Below are positions 8,773 to 17,018 of a stretch of 32,000 nucleotides of DNA, piece after piece (position 1 is the stretch's first letter; each line of letters begins with the position of its first letter). The notes beneath the pieces were generated by a model. It had not been told where the DNA came from. It searched no databases and saw nothing but the letters and a program-made list of their open reading frames with translations. The DNA comes from Nitrososphaera viennensis EN76 (GTDB lineage Archaea; Thermoproteota; Nitrososphaeria; Nitrososphaerales; Nitrososphaeraceae), in NCBI RefSeq assembly GCF_000698785.1, contig NZ_CP007536.1, positions 390,001 to 422,000 of the forward strand. Reading direction: 5' to 3'. The position numbers were made by a program, and so were the translations under genes.

Positions 8773-9240
8773 TTATTGTCCCCAGTGCTTTAGCCCGTCC
8801 AGGAATTCCTGACCGTATTTTCCGGCGATTTCTTGTTCCAGCTCCCCCGTTATTAGCCGTTCTTTGAGCACGTCGGCCACGCCTGCAAAATACCTTTCAA
8901 GACCTGCCGGGGATATGACTAGGACCTTGCCACCTTCCGGGCCTGACTGGTAGTTGTGCGACATTCCCTTTGGAATAAATATGAAATCTCCCGCTTTGGC
9001 AATAACCGTCTTTTCGCCGTACCTGATAGAGTATTCACCTTTAAGCACATAGTATTCTTCTGGTGCTTTTGGATGGATGTGGAGCGCGGGTCCGACATTT
9101 GGCTGATGGGTCATTTCAAGCAGGGTGTATGCTCCTTCAGACCTTTCGCCGGAGGCCTTTACTACTATCTTGGTTCCGCGAAAGTTGATATGTGTCCCTT
9201 CGCCGTTTTTCAAGGCATACCCGCCGATATCGCTTTCCAT
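8773..9240 (-). CDS. cupin-domain protein
   Basis: Two cupin motifs are present (HIHPKAPEEYYVLKGE and GDFIFIPKGMSHNY). The first ATG is at 9240, giving 155 aa. The ORF-track start at 9279 is a TTG. Confidence 0.8.
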   Translation of the reverse strand: MESDIGGYALKNGEGTHINFRGTKIVVKASGERSEGAYTLLEMTHQPNVGPALHIHPKAPEEYYVLKGEYSIRYGEKTVIAKAGDFIFIPKGMSHNYQSGPEGGKVLVISPAGLERYFAGVADVLKERLITGELEQEIAGKYGQEFLDGLKHWGQ

Positions 9241-9625
9241 GCCTTGTATTATAACCTGTGGCCATATTTCTAGGTGCAAGCCTGCTTGTGCACATCTGGC
9301 AACAATTCGGCTTTTCTGGCCTTTCTAGGTGGGGGTCTGACGCCGATTTTCTGGCAGTTATGGCCCTTGCATTTTTTGAAGTTAACAATTTGCTTGTGGA
9401 AATGGTCTTTTGGCAGAAAACCGAAAATCGTCATCGCGGCGATATGCTCGGAACCGTTCAAAAAAGGGACCTTTCTTGCATGCCACTTTTTGAACGCCCA
9501 TTTTTTTACTCTTGTTTTGTCGGCACTTGTGTACAGATGGTTTAGAAACTGCCATTACCGTTTTTAAACACTTGATCGCACTTTTTTGACTAGCCTGCTG
9601 TTAAGCTAGGCCGGCAAGACAGGCC

Positions 9626-10228
9626 ATGAAAAAGTACGCATTTGCCTACCTGCGGGTCAGCACCGAAGAGCAGACCGTTCAGAACCAAAAGCTGGCGCTG
9701 GAAAAATGGGCCAATGACAACAACTTTCAGATCCTTGACTTTTTCGAAGATTCGGCCGTTTCCGGCAGGGTTCCGGCGATCCAAAGGCGCGGGTTTTCAG
9801 ACCTTATTGAAATGGTCAAAACCGCGCAGGTCGATGCGGTTCTTGTTTACGAGCTGTCGCGGGTTGGCAGGACCTTCTGGGATACCCTTGACGCCATCAA
9901 GGCTATTGAGCAATACGCGCCGCTGCTATCCTGTTCGCCTCGCGAGTCGTTTCTGCAGACGACGGAGCCAAGCGTACGGAAATTGATGATAGGCATACTG
10001 ACCTGGGTGGCAGAGCGCGAGCGCGAGATGCTCGTCCAGCGCACAAAAGACGGCATGGAGCGCGCAAGGGCCGCTGGCCGCAGCATAGGCAGGCCCCAAA
10101 AGGTGCTCGACAAGAATCGATTGATACTGATGCTTGCAGAAAACCGCTCAAAGGCAAGGATCGCAAGGGAACTGGGCGTTTCCAAAGCGACGCTCTACAA
10201 GGAACTGCGCCAAATAAGCCAGAAATAG
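9626..10228 (+). CDS. small serine recombinase (resolvase/invertase type)
   Basis: 200 aa with an ATG start. The catalytic-serine motif is YLRVSTEEQ. Also present are VYELSRVGR, the E-helix AEREREMLVQRTKDGMERARAAGRSIGRP and a C-terminal HTH (IARELGVSKATLYKEL). Its stop is 1 nt from the convergent bioA stop. Confidence 0.9.
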   Translation: MKKYAFAYLRVSTEEQTVQNQKLALEKWANDNNFQILDFFEDSAVSGRVPAIQRRGFSDLIEMVKTAQVDAVLVYELSRVGRTFWDTLDAIKAIEQYAPLLSCSPRESFLQTTEPSVRKLMIGILTWVAEREREMLVQRTKDGMERARAAGRSIGRPQKVLDKNRLILMLAENRSKARIARELGVSKATLYKELRQISQK

Positions 10229-10229
10229 C

Positions 10230-11600
10230 CTACAGCTTTTCCGCCTTTTTTGCCAGTTCCAGGTGGGCATCCATCATCTTTTCCAGGTCGTTTCGGCCGA
10301 TTGCAAGGGGCGGGATGACGACCATGACGTTGCCCAGGGCGCGCAGATGCACACCCATTGCAAGCGACTCCCTTGCCACGAAATAGTCGATGCGCTCCTT
10401 GCTCTTGAGGTGCATGAGTGGTTTGCCGTTTCTTGCAAGCTCTATTCCTGCCAGCATGCCACTGTGGCGTACGTCTGCTACAACGCCAATTTCTTCGAAT
10501 TCGCCAAGCCTCTGCTTGATGTACTGCGCATTTTTCTTAATCTGTTGCATAAGGTTGCGTTTTTCGTAAAGTTCAAGGTTTGCCAGTGCGGCGGCGCAGC
10601 CCACCGGGTGGCCGGTAAACGTGTGGCCGTGGTAGAAATGCTTGTTTTTCTCGTAGCTGCCAAGGAACGCGTCATAGATCTTTTCATGCGCCAGCGTGAC
10701 TGCAAGAGGAAAGTAGCCGGCGGCAAGCGCCTTTCCCATGCAGACAATGTCGGGTTTTGAATTTTGCGCCAAATATTCGACCATGTTGCCAAGCCTTCCA
10801 AAGCCAGTCGCGATTTCGTCAAGGATCAAAAGAGTGTCATACTTTTTGCATAGTTCTGAAATCTTCTGCTGGTATTTCTGGGGGTAGATGACGACGCCCC
10901 CTGCTATCTGGGCGCCGCTTTCCATGACGAGGCCGGCGCATTTCCCGTCCAGTTTTTTCAGTGTCTTTTCTGTCTGCTCCATGCAGTGCTCGACAAGGTC
11001 TTGCACGCTTTCGAACTTGCTTCCGTAGAAAAGAGGGCTTGGAACCCTGCTTACCTTGGCCAATAATGGCTTGTAGGCGCCAAAGAACTGCTCGATATAT
11101 CCAACAGACATGGCGCCGACCGTGTCGCCGTGGTATCCTCCCTCAAGCGACACGAACAACTTTTTTTCAGGCTTTCCGCGGTTCTGCCAGTACTGCAGGG
11201 CCATCTTTAACGCAGCTTCAATCGCCGTCGAGCCATTGTCAGTGTAAAATACGCGGTCCATACTGCCCCTTGCCAGTTTTATCAGCCGCTCTGCAAGGCG
11301 CGCGGACGGCTCGCTTGCAAGGCCAAACAGCGTGGAATGCTGCAAGTGTTTCAACTGCTCGCGCATCGCCTCGACTACCTCGTTTTGCCCGTGGCCCCAC
11401 ACGTTGCACCACATGCTCGCAGTCCCGTCAAGGTATCGCCGGCCCCTGTCGTCGACTAGGTAAAAGCCCTCGCCCCTCACGATGACCCTGTTGTCCTGCC
11501 TTTCCCAGTCCTTCATCTGGGTATAGGGGTGCCAGACAAAATTCCTGTCTCTGTCTGCGTCTTTGAGGCTTGGACGGCCGCTCATAGTAGTTAAATGCAA
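10230..11600 (-). CDS. bioA: adenosylmethionine-8-amino-7-oxononanoate aminotransferase
   Basis: 456 aa, class-III aminotransferase. Motifs seen: FVWHPYTQM, LILDEIATGFGRLG and MGKALAAGYFPLA with the PLP lysine. An alternative ATG at 11585 (MSGRPS...) fits the TATA spacing better. Confidence 0.92.
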   Translation of the reverse strand: MHLTTMSGRPSLKDADRDRNFVWHPYTQMKDWERQDNRVIVRGEGFYLVDDRGRRYLDGTASMWCNVWGHGQNEVVEAMREQLKHLQHSTLFGLASEPSARLAERLIKLARGSMDRVFYTDNGSTAIEAALKMALQYWQNRGKPEKKLFVSLEGGYHGDTVGAMSVGYIEQFFGAYKPLLAKVSRVPSPLFYGSKFESVQDLVEHCMEQTEKTLKKLDGKCAGLVMESGAQIAGGVVIYPQKYQQKISELCKKYDTLLILDEIATGFGRLGNMVEYLAQNSKPDIVCMGKALAAGYFPLAVTLAHEKIYDAFLGSYEKNKHFYHGHTFTGHPVGCAAALANLELYEKRNLMQQIKKNAQYIKQRLGEFEEIGVVADVRHSGMLAGIELARNGKPLMHLKSKERIDYFVARESLAMGVHLRALGNVMVVIPPLAIGRNDLEKMMDAHLELAKKAEKL

Positions 11601-11625
11601 CCCCCTGCTCTATCTAATTATTTCC

Positions 11626-12324
11626 ATGCGCGGCGTGTTTGTGACAGGCACGGACACTGGTGTCGGCAAGACCGCGGTCGCGGCAGGCATCGCGTGGCTC
11701 TTGAGGAAAAATGGCATAGACGTTGCCGCGATGAAGCCGTTTGCGACCGGCAGCAAGCCTTTTTCAAAGAAATTCAAGTCAGAAGACACTGCTATCCTTG
11801 CCGAAGCCACAAATGCCATCGAGACTGATGAAGAATTGAACCCTGTCTTTTTCAGGGTGCCTGCGTCTCCGCTCATGGCCGCGCAGATCTTGAACAAGAG
11901 TCCGCCGGACGTCCACGGCGCATTGTTCCAGCTGAAAAAACTTGGAATAAAGCACCAGTTTGTGGTGGTTGAAGGCATCGGGGGCCTGATGGTTCCCCTG
12001 ACAGAGCGCGAGTTTGTAGCAGATTTTGTACGGCTTGTAGACCTGCCTGTGGTGATAGTGACGCACCCGCGCCTTGGCACTCTGAACCACACGCTTCTCA
12101 CTGTACGCGTCTGCCGCGAATTTGGCCTCGACATCCTGGGAATAGTAGTCAACATGATGCCGAAAAAGCCGAGCGCGGTAGAAAAGAACGTTCCACGCGT
12201 CCTGCAGCGGCTTGCAGGTGTGCCTGTGCTTGCAGTTCTGCCGGAGATGAAAAACAAGCCTGACTACAAGGAGATAGGCAGGCTACTTGAAAAAACGAGC
12301 GTTGCAGAAAAGGTCCTTGCCTAG
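11626..12324 (+). CDS. bioD: dethiobiotin synthase
   Basis: An ATG at 11626 gives MRGVFVTGTDTGVGKT, the P-loop found at the extreme N-terminus of BioD. VVEGIGGLMVPL is also present. The upstream part of the track ORF overlaps bioA and is discounted. Confidence 0.9.
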   Translation: MRGVFVTGTDTGVGKTAVAAGIAWLLRKNGIDVAAMKPFATGSKPFSKKFKSEDTAILAEATNAIETDEELNPVFFRVPASPLMAAQILNKSPPDVHGALFQLKKLGIKHQFVVVEGIGGLMVPLTEREFVADFVRLVDLPVVIVTHPRLGTLNHTLLTVRVCREFGLDILGIVVNMMPKKPSAVEKNVPRVLQRLAGVPVLAVLPEMKNKPDYKEIGRLLEKTSVAEKVLA

Positions 12325-12905
12325 CCGTGCAGCATTTTCAGGCTGCTGACGCCCTTGCGCGCAAGGAACGCGCGAATGTCAGAAACCACCGATGAATATT
12401 GGAATTTTGCATTGCCAAGATGGTAATTCCTGCCTTTATAATCAACCTTTCTTGCAGAAATTATCCATAAATTTTCAATATTTTTTTGGACTGCCTGCGC
12501 CTGCTTTATCCTTGCCATGTCTGCATTTGCTTTTATCACTTGTATAACAAGAGTCTTGTCAGGGCTTTTTGCAAGGTTCTTTACGGATGGCACGACCACG
12601 TCAAGCTCCGTTCCATCCACAGTCACTTTTCTTTCTGATGGCAAAAGCGACGCGGTGAGCATGAAATGCAAGAGCGCCTCGCACAAGTTTCCAAGCGCCT
12701 CGTCGTCGTTTGCCTCGCCACCAAGGTCGTGCGTGCACCTGTCTACTATTTCGGCGCAGTATTTCCTTGACGATTCAATATTGGAACTGACGTCTGCGCG
12801 GATCCTTTCTCTGCCAATGTCGTCAATGACTGCATAGAGGACCTCTTTGATATCCTTGGGCACACCCTTGCAAACCCGGGTACGTTTATTAAATCTGATT
12901 GCCAT
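12321..12905 (-). CDS. hypothetical protein (weak PD-(D/E)xK-like pattern)
   Basis: 194 aa with an ATG start and a 4-nt overlap with the bioD stop. The segment GTELDVVVPS...TLVIQVIK loosely resembles a D...(E/Q)xK nuclease core. I recognise no family with confidence. Confidence 0.5.
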   Translation of the reverse strand: MAIRFNKRTRVCKGVPKDIKEVLYAVIDDIGRERIRADVSSNIESSRKYCAEIVDRCTHDLGGEANDDEALGNLCEALLHFMLTASLLPSERKVTVDGTELDVVVPSVKNLAKSPDKTLVIQVIKANADMARIKQAQAVQKNIENLWIISARKVDYKGRNYHLGNAKFQYSSVVSDIRAFLARKGVSSLKMLHG

Positions 12906-12919
12906 TTAATACAGAGAGA

Positions 12920-13342
12920 ATGGCAAAGGTCAAGATTGCAATCGGCCTGCTTGTCGCTTCGCTGGTGCTTTTGGTAATATACGGTGCAGATGCCGCGGTA
13001 GCTAGTTCCAGCCCAGACCGCCGGGGATTTCTCCCGTTTGACGAGTCAGTGAGGGGCAGCGGGTTTGGAGGAGGCGCTGTAATAATGTCGATAATTGCTT
13101 TTGTCATTGCAAGAAAAGAACCGTCAAGGGCGGTCATGGCGCTGCTCTTTGTCAACGGCGGCCTGATAATCGCCGGCATGCTTGCCCTCATTGCGCAGGG
13201 CGCGCTTGCCTCCGAGAACTCGTCAGGCGCAATGCGCACAATCGGTAGCACTATTGGCATGGGCGCAATCCTGGTGGGCCTTGGCGCCTGGAAGGCTGCA
13301 GGCGACAGGCGCATCGCGAGCAAGCCGCAGGCCTCGAGATAG
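12920..13342 (+). CDS. small integral membrane protein (about 4 TM helices)
   Basis: An ATG at 12920 (MAKVKIAIGLLVASLVLLVIYG...) is followed by four hydrophobic helices. A TATA-like TTTATTAAAT lies at 12883-12894, about 31 nt upstream. The antisense 196-aa ORF has junk-like composition. Confidence 0.55.
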   Translation: MAKVKIAIGLLVASLVLLVIYGADAAVASSSPDRRGFLPFDESVRGSGFGGGAVIMSIIAFVIARKEPSRAVMALLFVNGGLIIAGMLALIAQGALASENSSGAMRTIGSTIGMGAILVGLGAWKAAGDRRIASKPQASR

Positions 13343-13475
13343 TTTTGTTGCCTGTCTGCGCGCGCTGCAACTCGCACGCTGACAGGACGTACTCTTGCGT
13401 GCACACAGATGGCAAGGAAATGTGTACCGAATGCTACCAGGAAATACACTGGCTCCTGACGCAGCCTGGATGATA

Positions 13476-13487
13476 ACATTTTATACG
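13476..13487 (+). promoter_or_regulatory. TATA-like box for the 13509-17006 operon
   Basis: ACATTTTATACG is centred about 27 nt upstream of the ATG at 13509, a spacing consistent with a leaderless mRNA. Confidence 0.45.
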
Positions 13488-13508
13488 ATTGTACAGGAAT
13501 TCTGGGCT

Positions 13509-14195
13509 ATGAAAGCAGTAATCCTTGCAGGCGGCTTTGGCAAGCGTCTGAAGCCATTGACAGACCAGATACCAAAGCCCATGATCGAGGTGTCAAACCT
13601 CCCGATAATCGAGTGGCAGATAAAGTGGCTGGCCGGAAACGGCATAAAGGAGTTCATAATCTGCGTCGGCTACCTGAAAGAACAGATAATAAACCACATC
13701 GGGAGCGGGAGCAGGCTTGGCGTCAGGGTGGGCTATGCTGTCGAGGAAGAGCCACTTGGGACCGGAGGCGCTCTAAAGAATGCAGAGGGTCTTCTTTCCG
13801 GCCAGAGCGAGTTTTTCATGCTAAACGGCGACATACTCTCAAACCTTGATCCTTCAAAGTTGCGCGATGGCGGGGCGGCGCACTCGCTTGCACTTGTGCC
13901 GCTGCGCAGCCCGTACGGCGTAGTCGAGGTGGACAAGTCAAACAAGGTGCTCGGGTTCGTGGAAAAGCCCCGGATAAAGGACAGGTGGATAAACGCAGGA
14001 GTCTACCATTTCACGAGCGAGGTGTTTTCGTACCTGCCCGAAAACGGCAACATAGAGATGACCGCCCTGCCTGCACTGGCAAAGGAAGGGAAACTCAGGG
14101 CAACCACCTACGACAATGTTTTTTGGCGTTCCATTGATTCACACAAGGACATCGAAGAAGCCGCAAGGGAAATGCAGGCTGCAAACATCTCATGA
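13509..14195 (+). CDS. sugar-phosphate nucleotidyltransferase (NTP_transferase family)
   Basis: An ATG at 13509 gives MKAVILAGGFGKRLKPLT, the GxGxRLxPLT signature. EEEPLGTGGAL and FMLNGD are also present. The stop overlaps the next start (ATGATGA at 14192). Confidence 0.85.
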   Translation: MKAVILAGGFGKRLKPLTDQIPKPMIEVSNLPIIEWQIKWLAGNGIKEFIICVGYLKEQIINHIGSGSRLGVRVGYAVEEEPLGTGGALKNAEGLLSGQSEFFMLNGDILSNLDPSKLRDGGAAHSLALVPLRSPYGVVEVDKSNKVLGFVEKPRIKDRWINAGVYHFTSEVFSYLPENGNIEMTALPALAKEGKLRATTYDNVFWRSIDSHKDIEEAAREMQAANIS

Positions 14196-15166
14196 TGAAG
14201 ATCGGGTACAGCCTCGGGCCGCTCCTTTCAATGGAGGATGTGCTCCGGTGCGCAAGCCTTGCAGATGAGCAGAATAACGTCGACTCGGTATGGGTCCCGG
14301 AATCGTGGGGCCGCGAGTCGTTTTCAACGCTTGGAGCCGTGGCGCAGGCTACGAAAAGGGTAAGGCTTGGCACCTCAATAGTCAGCATTTTCTCAAGGAC
14401 GCCTGCCACAATAGCGATGGGCGCAGCCACGCTTGACATGATCTCTGGGAACAGGACAGTCATCGGCCTTGGCACGAGCACGGAAGCCATCGTCGAGAAC
14501 TGGCACGGGGCAGAGTTTGAGAAGCCCGCTTCTCGAATGAAGGAATACGTCGAATGCATCCGGCTCATGACTTCTGGCGAGAAGGTCAGCTATTCCGGCG
14601 AGTTTTTCAAGATAAACAATTTCAAGATGCTAAACGCGCCTCCTAGAAAGCATGTCCCTATTTTTCTTGCGGCCGTCAACAGGCGCATGCTTGCGCTTGC
14701 CGCGGAAAAGGCAGACGGCGTGATCCTTTACATGCGCCCCCTTGAAGAGCTGGAAAAAACAGTGCCCGAGCTAAAGGCAAGGGCCGCCGCGGACAACTTT
14801 GAAGTCGCGCTCTCGCTCATCTGCGCCGTGTCGGACAAAGAGCCGGAAAAAGCCAGGGCGCGGGCAGCAAAGACCCTTGCATTCTATGTTGCAGTCGGCA
14901 AGTATTACAGCAGGTTCCTTGCGGAAAACGGCTATAGCGACGAAGTGTCTCGCATTTCAGCCGAATATCAAGAGAGCGGTGGCGACGCGGCCGCAAAACA
15001 GGTCTCGCCAGAGATGCTTGAGGCGCTGACGGTCTGCGGCACAAAACAAGACTGCAGAAAGGCGCTTTTGCGGTTTTCTGATTCTGGTGTCACCCTGCCA
15101 ATTTTGCAGTTCAACCCTGTAGAGAGAGCAGAAAGTTCATTTAGGGAATTGTTGTCAACCTTTTAA
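14192..15166 (+). CDS. luciferase-like monooxygenase family oxidoreductase, probably F420-dependent
   Basis: 324 aa with the LLM pattern (DSVWVPESWGRE, LGTSIVSIFSRTPATIAM, IGLGTS..., FLAAVNRRMLALAAEKADGVIL). F420 dependence is inferred from the archaeal family, not demonstrated. Confidence 0.8.
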   Translation: MMKIGYSLGPLLSMEDVLRCASLADEQNNVDSVWVPESWGRESFSTLGAVAQATKRVRLGTSIVSIFSRTPATIAMGAATLDMISGNRTVIGLGTSTEAIVENWHGAEFEKPASRMKEYVECIRLMTSGEKVSYSGEFFKINNFKMLNAPPRKHVPIFLAAVNRRMLALAAEKADGVILYMRPLEELEKTVPELKARAAADNFEVALSLICAVSDKEPEKARARAAKTLAFYVAVGKYYSRFLAENGYSDEVSRISAEYQESGGDAAAKQVSPEMLEALTVCGTKQDCRKALLRFSDSGVTLPILQFNPVERAESSFRELLSTF

Positions 15167-15167
15167 A

Positions 15168-16265
15168 GTGCGCAAGGTAGCTATCTCGGCTGCAGCAACT
15201 TCAAAGTTCACAAAAGCAACCGAGAGGTCGATTTTTGACATCGCGCGCGAGCCCTGCATCGAGATTTTAAAAAGCCACGGCAGCAAGGATGTCGACGCCG
15301 TGCTCTTCTCGACGTGCGCAACAGAGCAGTACGGCTCGACAATAATTTCTGAAATGCTCGGGATAAAACCCAAGATGTCGCAGCGAGTCGACAACCTCTG
15401 CAATTCCGGGACAAACGCTATTGCTACCGCGTATTCGCTTATCGCGTCTGGCCTGTGCGACTCTGCACTTGTCGTCGGCGCGGAAAAAACACACAGCGAG
15501 GGAAACAGGCTTGTCTGGGACGTCACCCGGGGTTCGTTCAACTTTCCAGTCCACTGGGCATCAATGTTTGCGCGTTCGCACATGAGGCGATTTGGAACCA
15601 CGGAGGAGCAGATGGCCCAGGTGTCAGTAAAGAACCACAAAAACGCTGCAAAAAACAAGAACGCGCTCTTTCAAAAGCCTGTGACACTAAAAGAGGTGAT
15701 GGAGTCAAAAATGATAGCCGAGCCGGTAAAGCTGCTCGACTGCTCGGCGCCGTGCGACGGCGCCTCTGCCGTGCTCCTGCTCTCTGAGCAAAGGGCAAAG
15801 AAAAATGAAAACAGCCCTGTGTGGATAAAGGGCATAGGCCAGCAAACAAACGGCGCCAGCTTTGCAAGCATGGATGACCTGACCGCGCTTCAAACCGCCA
15901 GGCGGGCTGCGCATGACGCATACGAAATGGCCAATGTCAAGCCATCCCAGGTGGATGTCGCCGAGCTGCATGACGCTTTTACAATCCTTGAGATAATGGC
16001 GTACGAGGACCTCTGCTTTGCGCAAAAGGGCAAGGGGGGCAAGTTCGCTGAGCAACAGCAGCAGGAAATCGCGATAAACCCACGCGGCGGGATACTCGGG
16101 TGCGGCCACCCCGTGGGCGCCACCGGCGTGGCGCAGGTCGCCGAGATAACTCTGCAACTGTCCGGCAAGGCCGGAAAAAGGCAGGTCAAAGACTGCAAGA
16201 CTGGCCTCGTGCACAACCTTGCTGCCGCCGGCTCGTCAGCGACGGTGATGGTGCTTGGTACCTAG
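15168..16265 (+). CDS. thiolase-family acetyl-CoA C-acyltransferase (archaeal SCP-x type)
   Basis: 365 aa with a GTG start 1 nt after the preceding stop. NLCNSGTNAI contains the active-site Cys region, and GGILGCGHPVGATGV is the C-terminal thiolase block. Confidence 0.9.
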   Translation: MRKVAISAAATSKFTKATERSIFDIAREPCIEILKSHGSKDVDAVLFSTCATEQYGSTIISEMLGIKPKMSQRVDNLCNSGTNAIATAYSLIASGLCDSALVVGAEKTHSEGNRLVWDVTRGSFNFPVHWASMFARSHMRRFGTTEEQMAQVSVKNHKNAAKNKNALFQKPVTLKEVMESKMIAEPVKLLDCSAPCDGASAVLLLSEQRAKKNENSPVWIKGIGQQTNGASFASMDDLTALQTARRAAHDAYEMANVKPSQVDVAELHDAFTILEIMAYEDLCFAQKGKGGKFAEQQQQEIAINPRGGILGCGHPVGATGVAQVAEITLQLSGKAGKRQVKDCKTGLVHNLAAAGSSATVMVLGT

Positions 16266-16299
16266 TCTTTTTATCGAACACTTGAAAAAAGGGGAATTT

Positions 16300-16605
16300 A
16301 TGGTGCCAGTATGCACATTATGCGGGAAAAAGGCCTGGCCGCCGTCGCCTGCCTGCCCGAAATGCTTTGGCAGGACTGTGCTGAAAAAAGTTGAAAAAAC
16401 AGGAACGCTGGTAGAGTTTTCAAACTCGTACGTCCGGGGCCACGAAGGCGTCTTTGGCATCATAGAAATGGACGGCTTTAGGCTCGTTGGCTCGCTTGAC
16501 GATGACGGCAAGCTGCGCAAGGGCATGAAGGTCAAGATGGACAGTTGCGGCGTGAACGTAGAAGGCGCGCCGTTTTACCACTTTACTCCAGCAACAACAA
16601 AATGA
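16300..16605 (+). CDS. DUF35 zinc-ribbon/OB-fold protein (thiolase partner)
   Basis: An ATG at 16300 gives a CTLCGK...CPKCFG rubredoxin-like ribbon followed by an OB-fold-like segment. It sits immediately downstream of the thiolase gene, as is usual in archaea. Confidence 0.8.
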   Translation: MVPVCTLCGKKAWPPSPACPKCFGRTVLKKVEKTGTLVEFSNSYVRGHEGVFGIIEMDGFRLVGSLDDDGKLRKGMKVKMDSCGVNVEGAPFYHFTPATTK

Positions 16606-16643
16606 ATGCTTATTAATGATTGAGAGAGAACAGGAACAGGCTC

Positions 16644-17006
16644 ATGAGTTATGACAGGTTCGTTGATGAGAGGGTCCTGACAAGCAGGGATGCCCTCAAC
16701 CGTTTTCAGATCAAGATAAAACTCGTCGAAATCGACGAAGGCGCAAGAGACTTTTCCCGGCGCTTTGGCAACAGGGTCCTCGTCAGAAAGATCCTGCTTA
16801 CGATAAAGCACACCGAGACCCAGGAAGTGGAAGAAAGGGAGCTCAACGTCGAAGAGGTTGAAAAGAGGATGAAAAAAGAGCGCCTCTTCAGTTCCACGAA
16901 CAGGTGGGTCGCGTCGACTGACATCAAGAATGGCTACGTGGTCGCAAGCAAGCATCTTGACCTCCTTGCAGACGCAATAGCGCTGGACATCGTTCCGATC
17001 GGATAG
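16644..17006 (+). CDS. hypothetical protein (120 aa)
   Basis: ATG at 16644, with an upstream TTG at 16620 also possible. It is co-directional with and 38 nt after the DUF35 gene. The composition is charged and coding-like, but I recognise no family. Confidence 0.45.
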   Translation: MSYDRFVDERVLTSRDALNRFQIKIKLVEIDEGARDFSRRFGNRVLVRKILLTIKHTETQEVEERELNVEEVEKRMKKERLFSSTNRWVASTDIKNGYVVASKHLDLLADAIALDIVPIG

Positions 17007-17018
17007 ACAGACGGAGAT

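Noticed and set aside
9258-9567. 95-aa and 97-aa plus-strand ORFs and a 63-aa minus-strand ORF in the gap upstream of the recombinase
   Set aside because: They are mutually overlapping and have Phe/Cys/Trp/Leu-rich or otherwise implausible composition, with no motifs. I treat the region as non-coding and repeat-bearing.
8773-10229. Calling the cupin and recombinase segment an insertion sequence or transposon
   Set aside because: I could find no terminal inverted repeats, target-site duplication, or TnpB/transposase partner. The recombinase abuts bioA with 1 nt to spare, so I kept it as a stand-alone recombinase CDS.
11610-12257. 215-aa minus-strand ORF opposite bioD
   Set aside because: bioD on the plus strand has the diagnostic GTDTGVGKT P-loop. 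The antisense product is low-complexity and Arg/Thr/Ser-rich.
12889-13479. 196-aa minus-strand ORF opposite the small membrane protein
   Set aside because: Its Arg/Pro/Ser/Ala-rich sequence has no structure-like pattern. The plus-strand ORF has four clean TM helices and a TATA box at -31.
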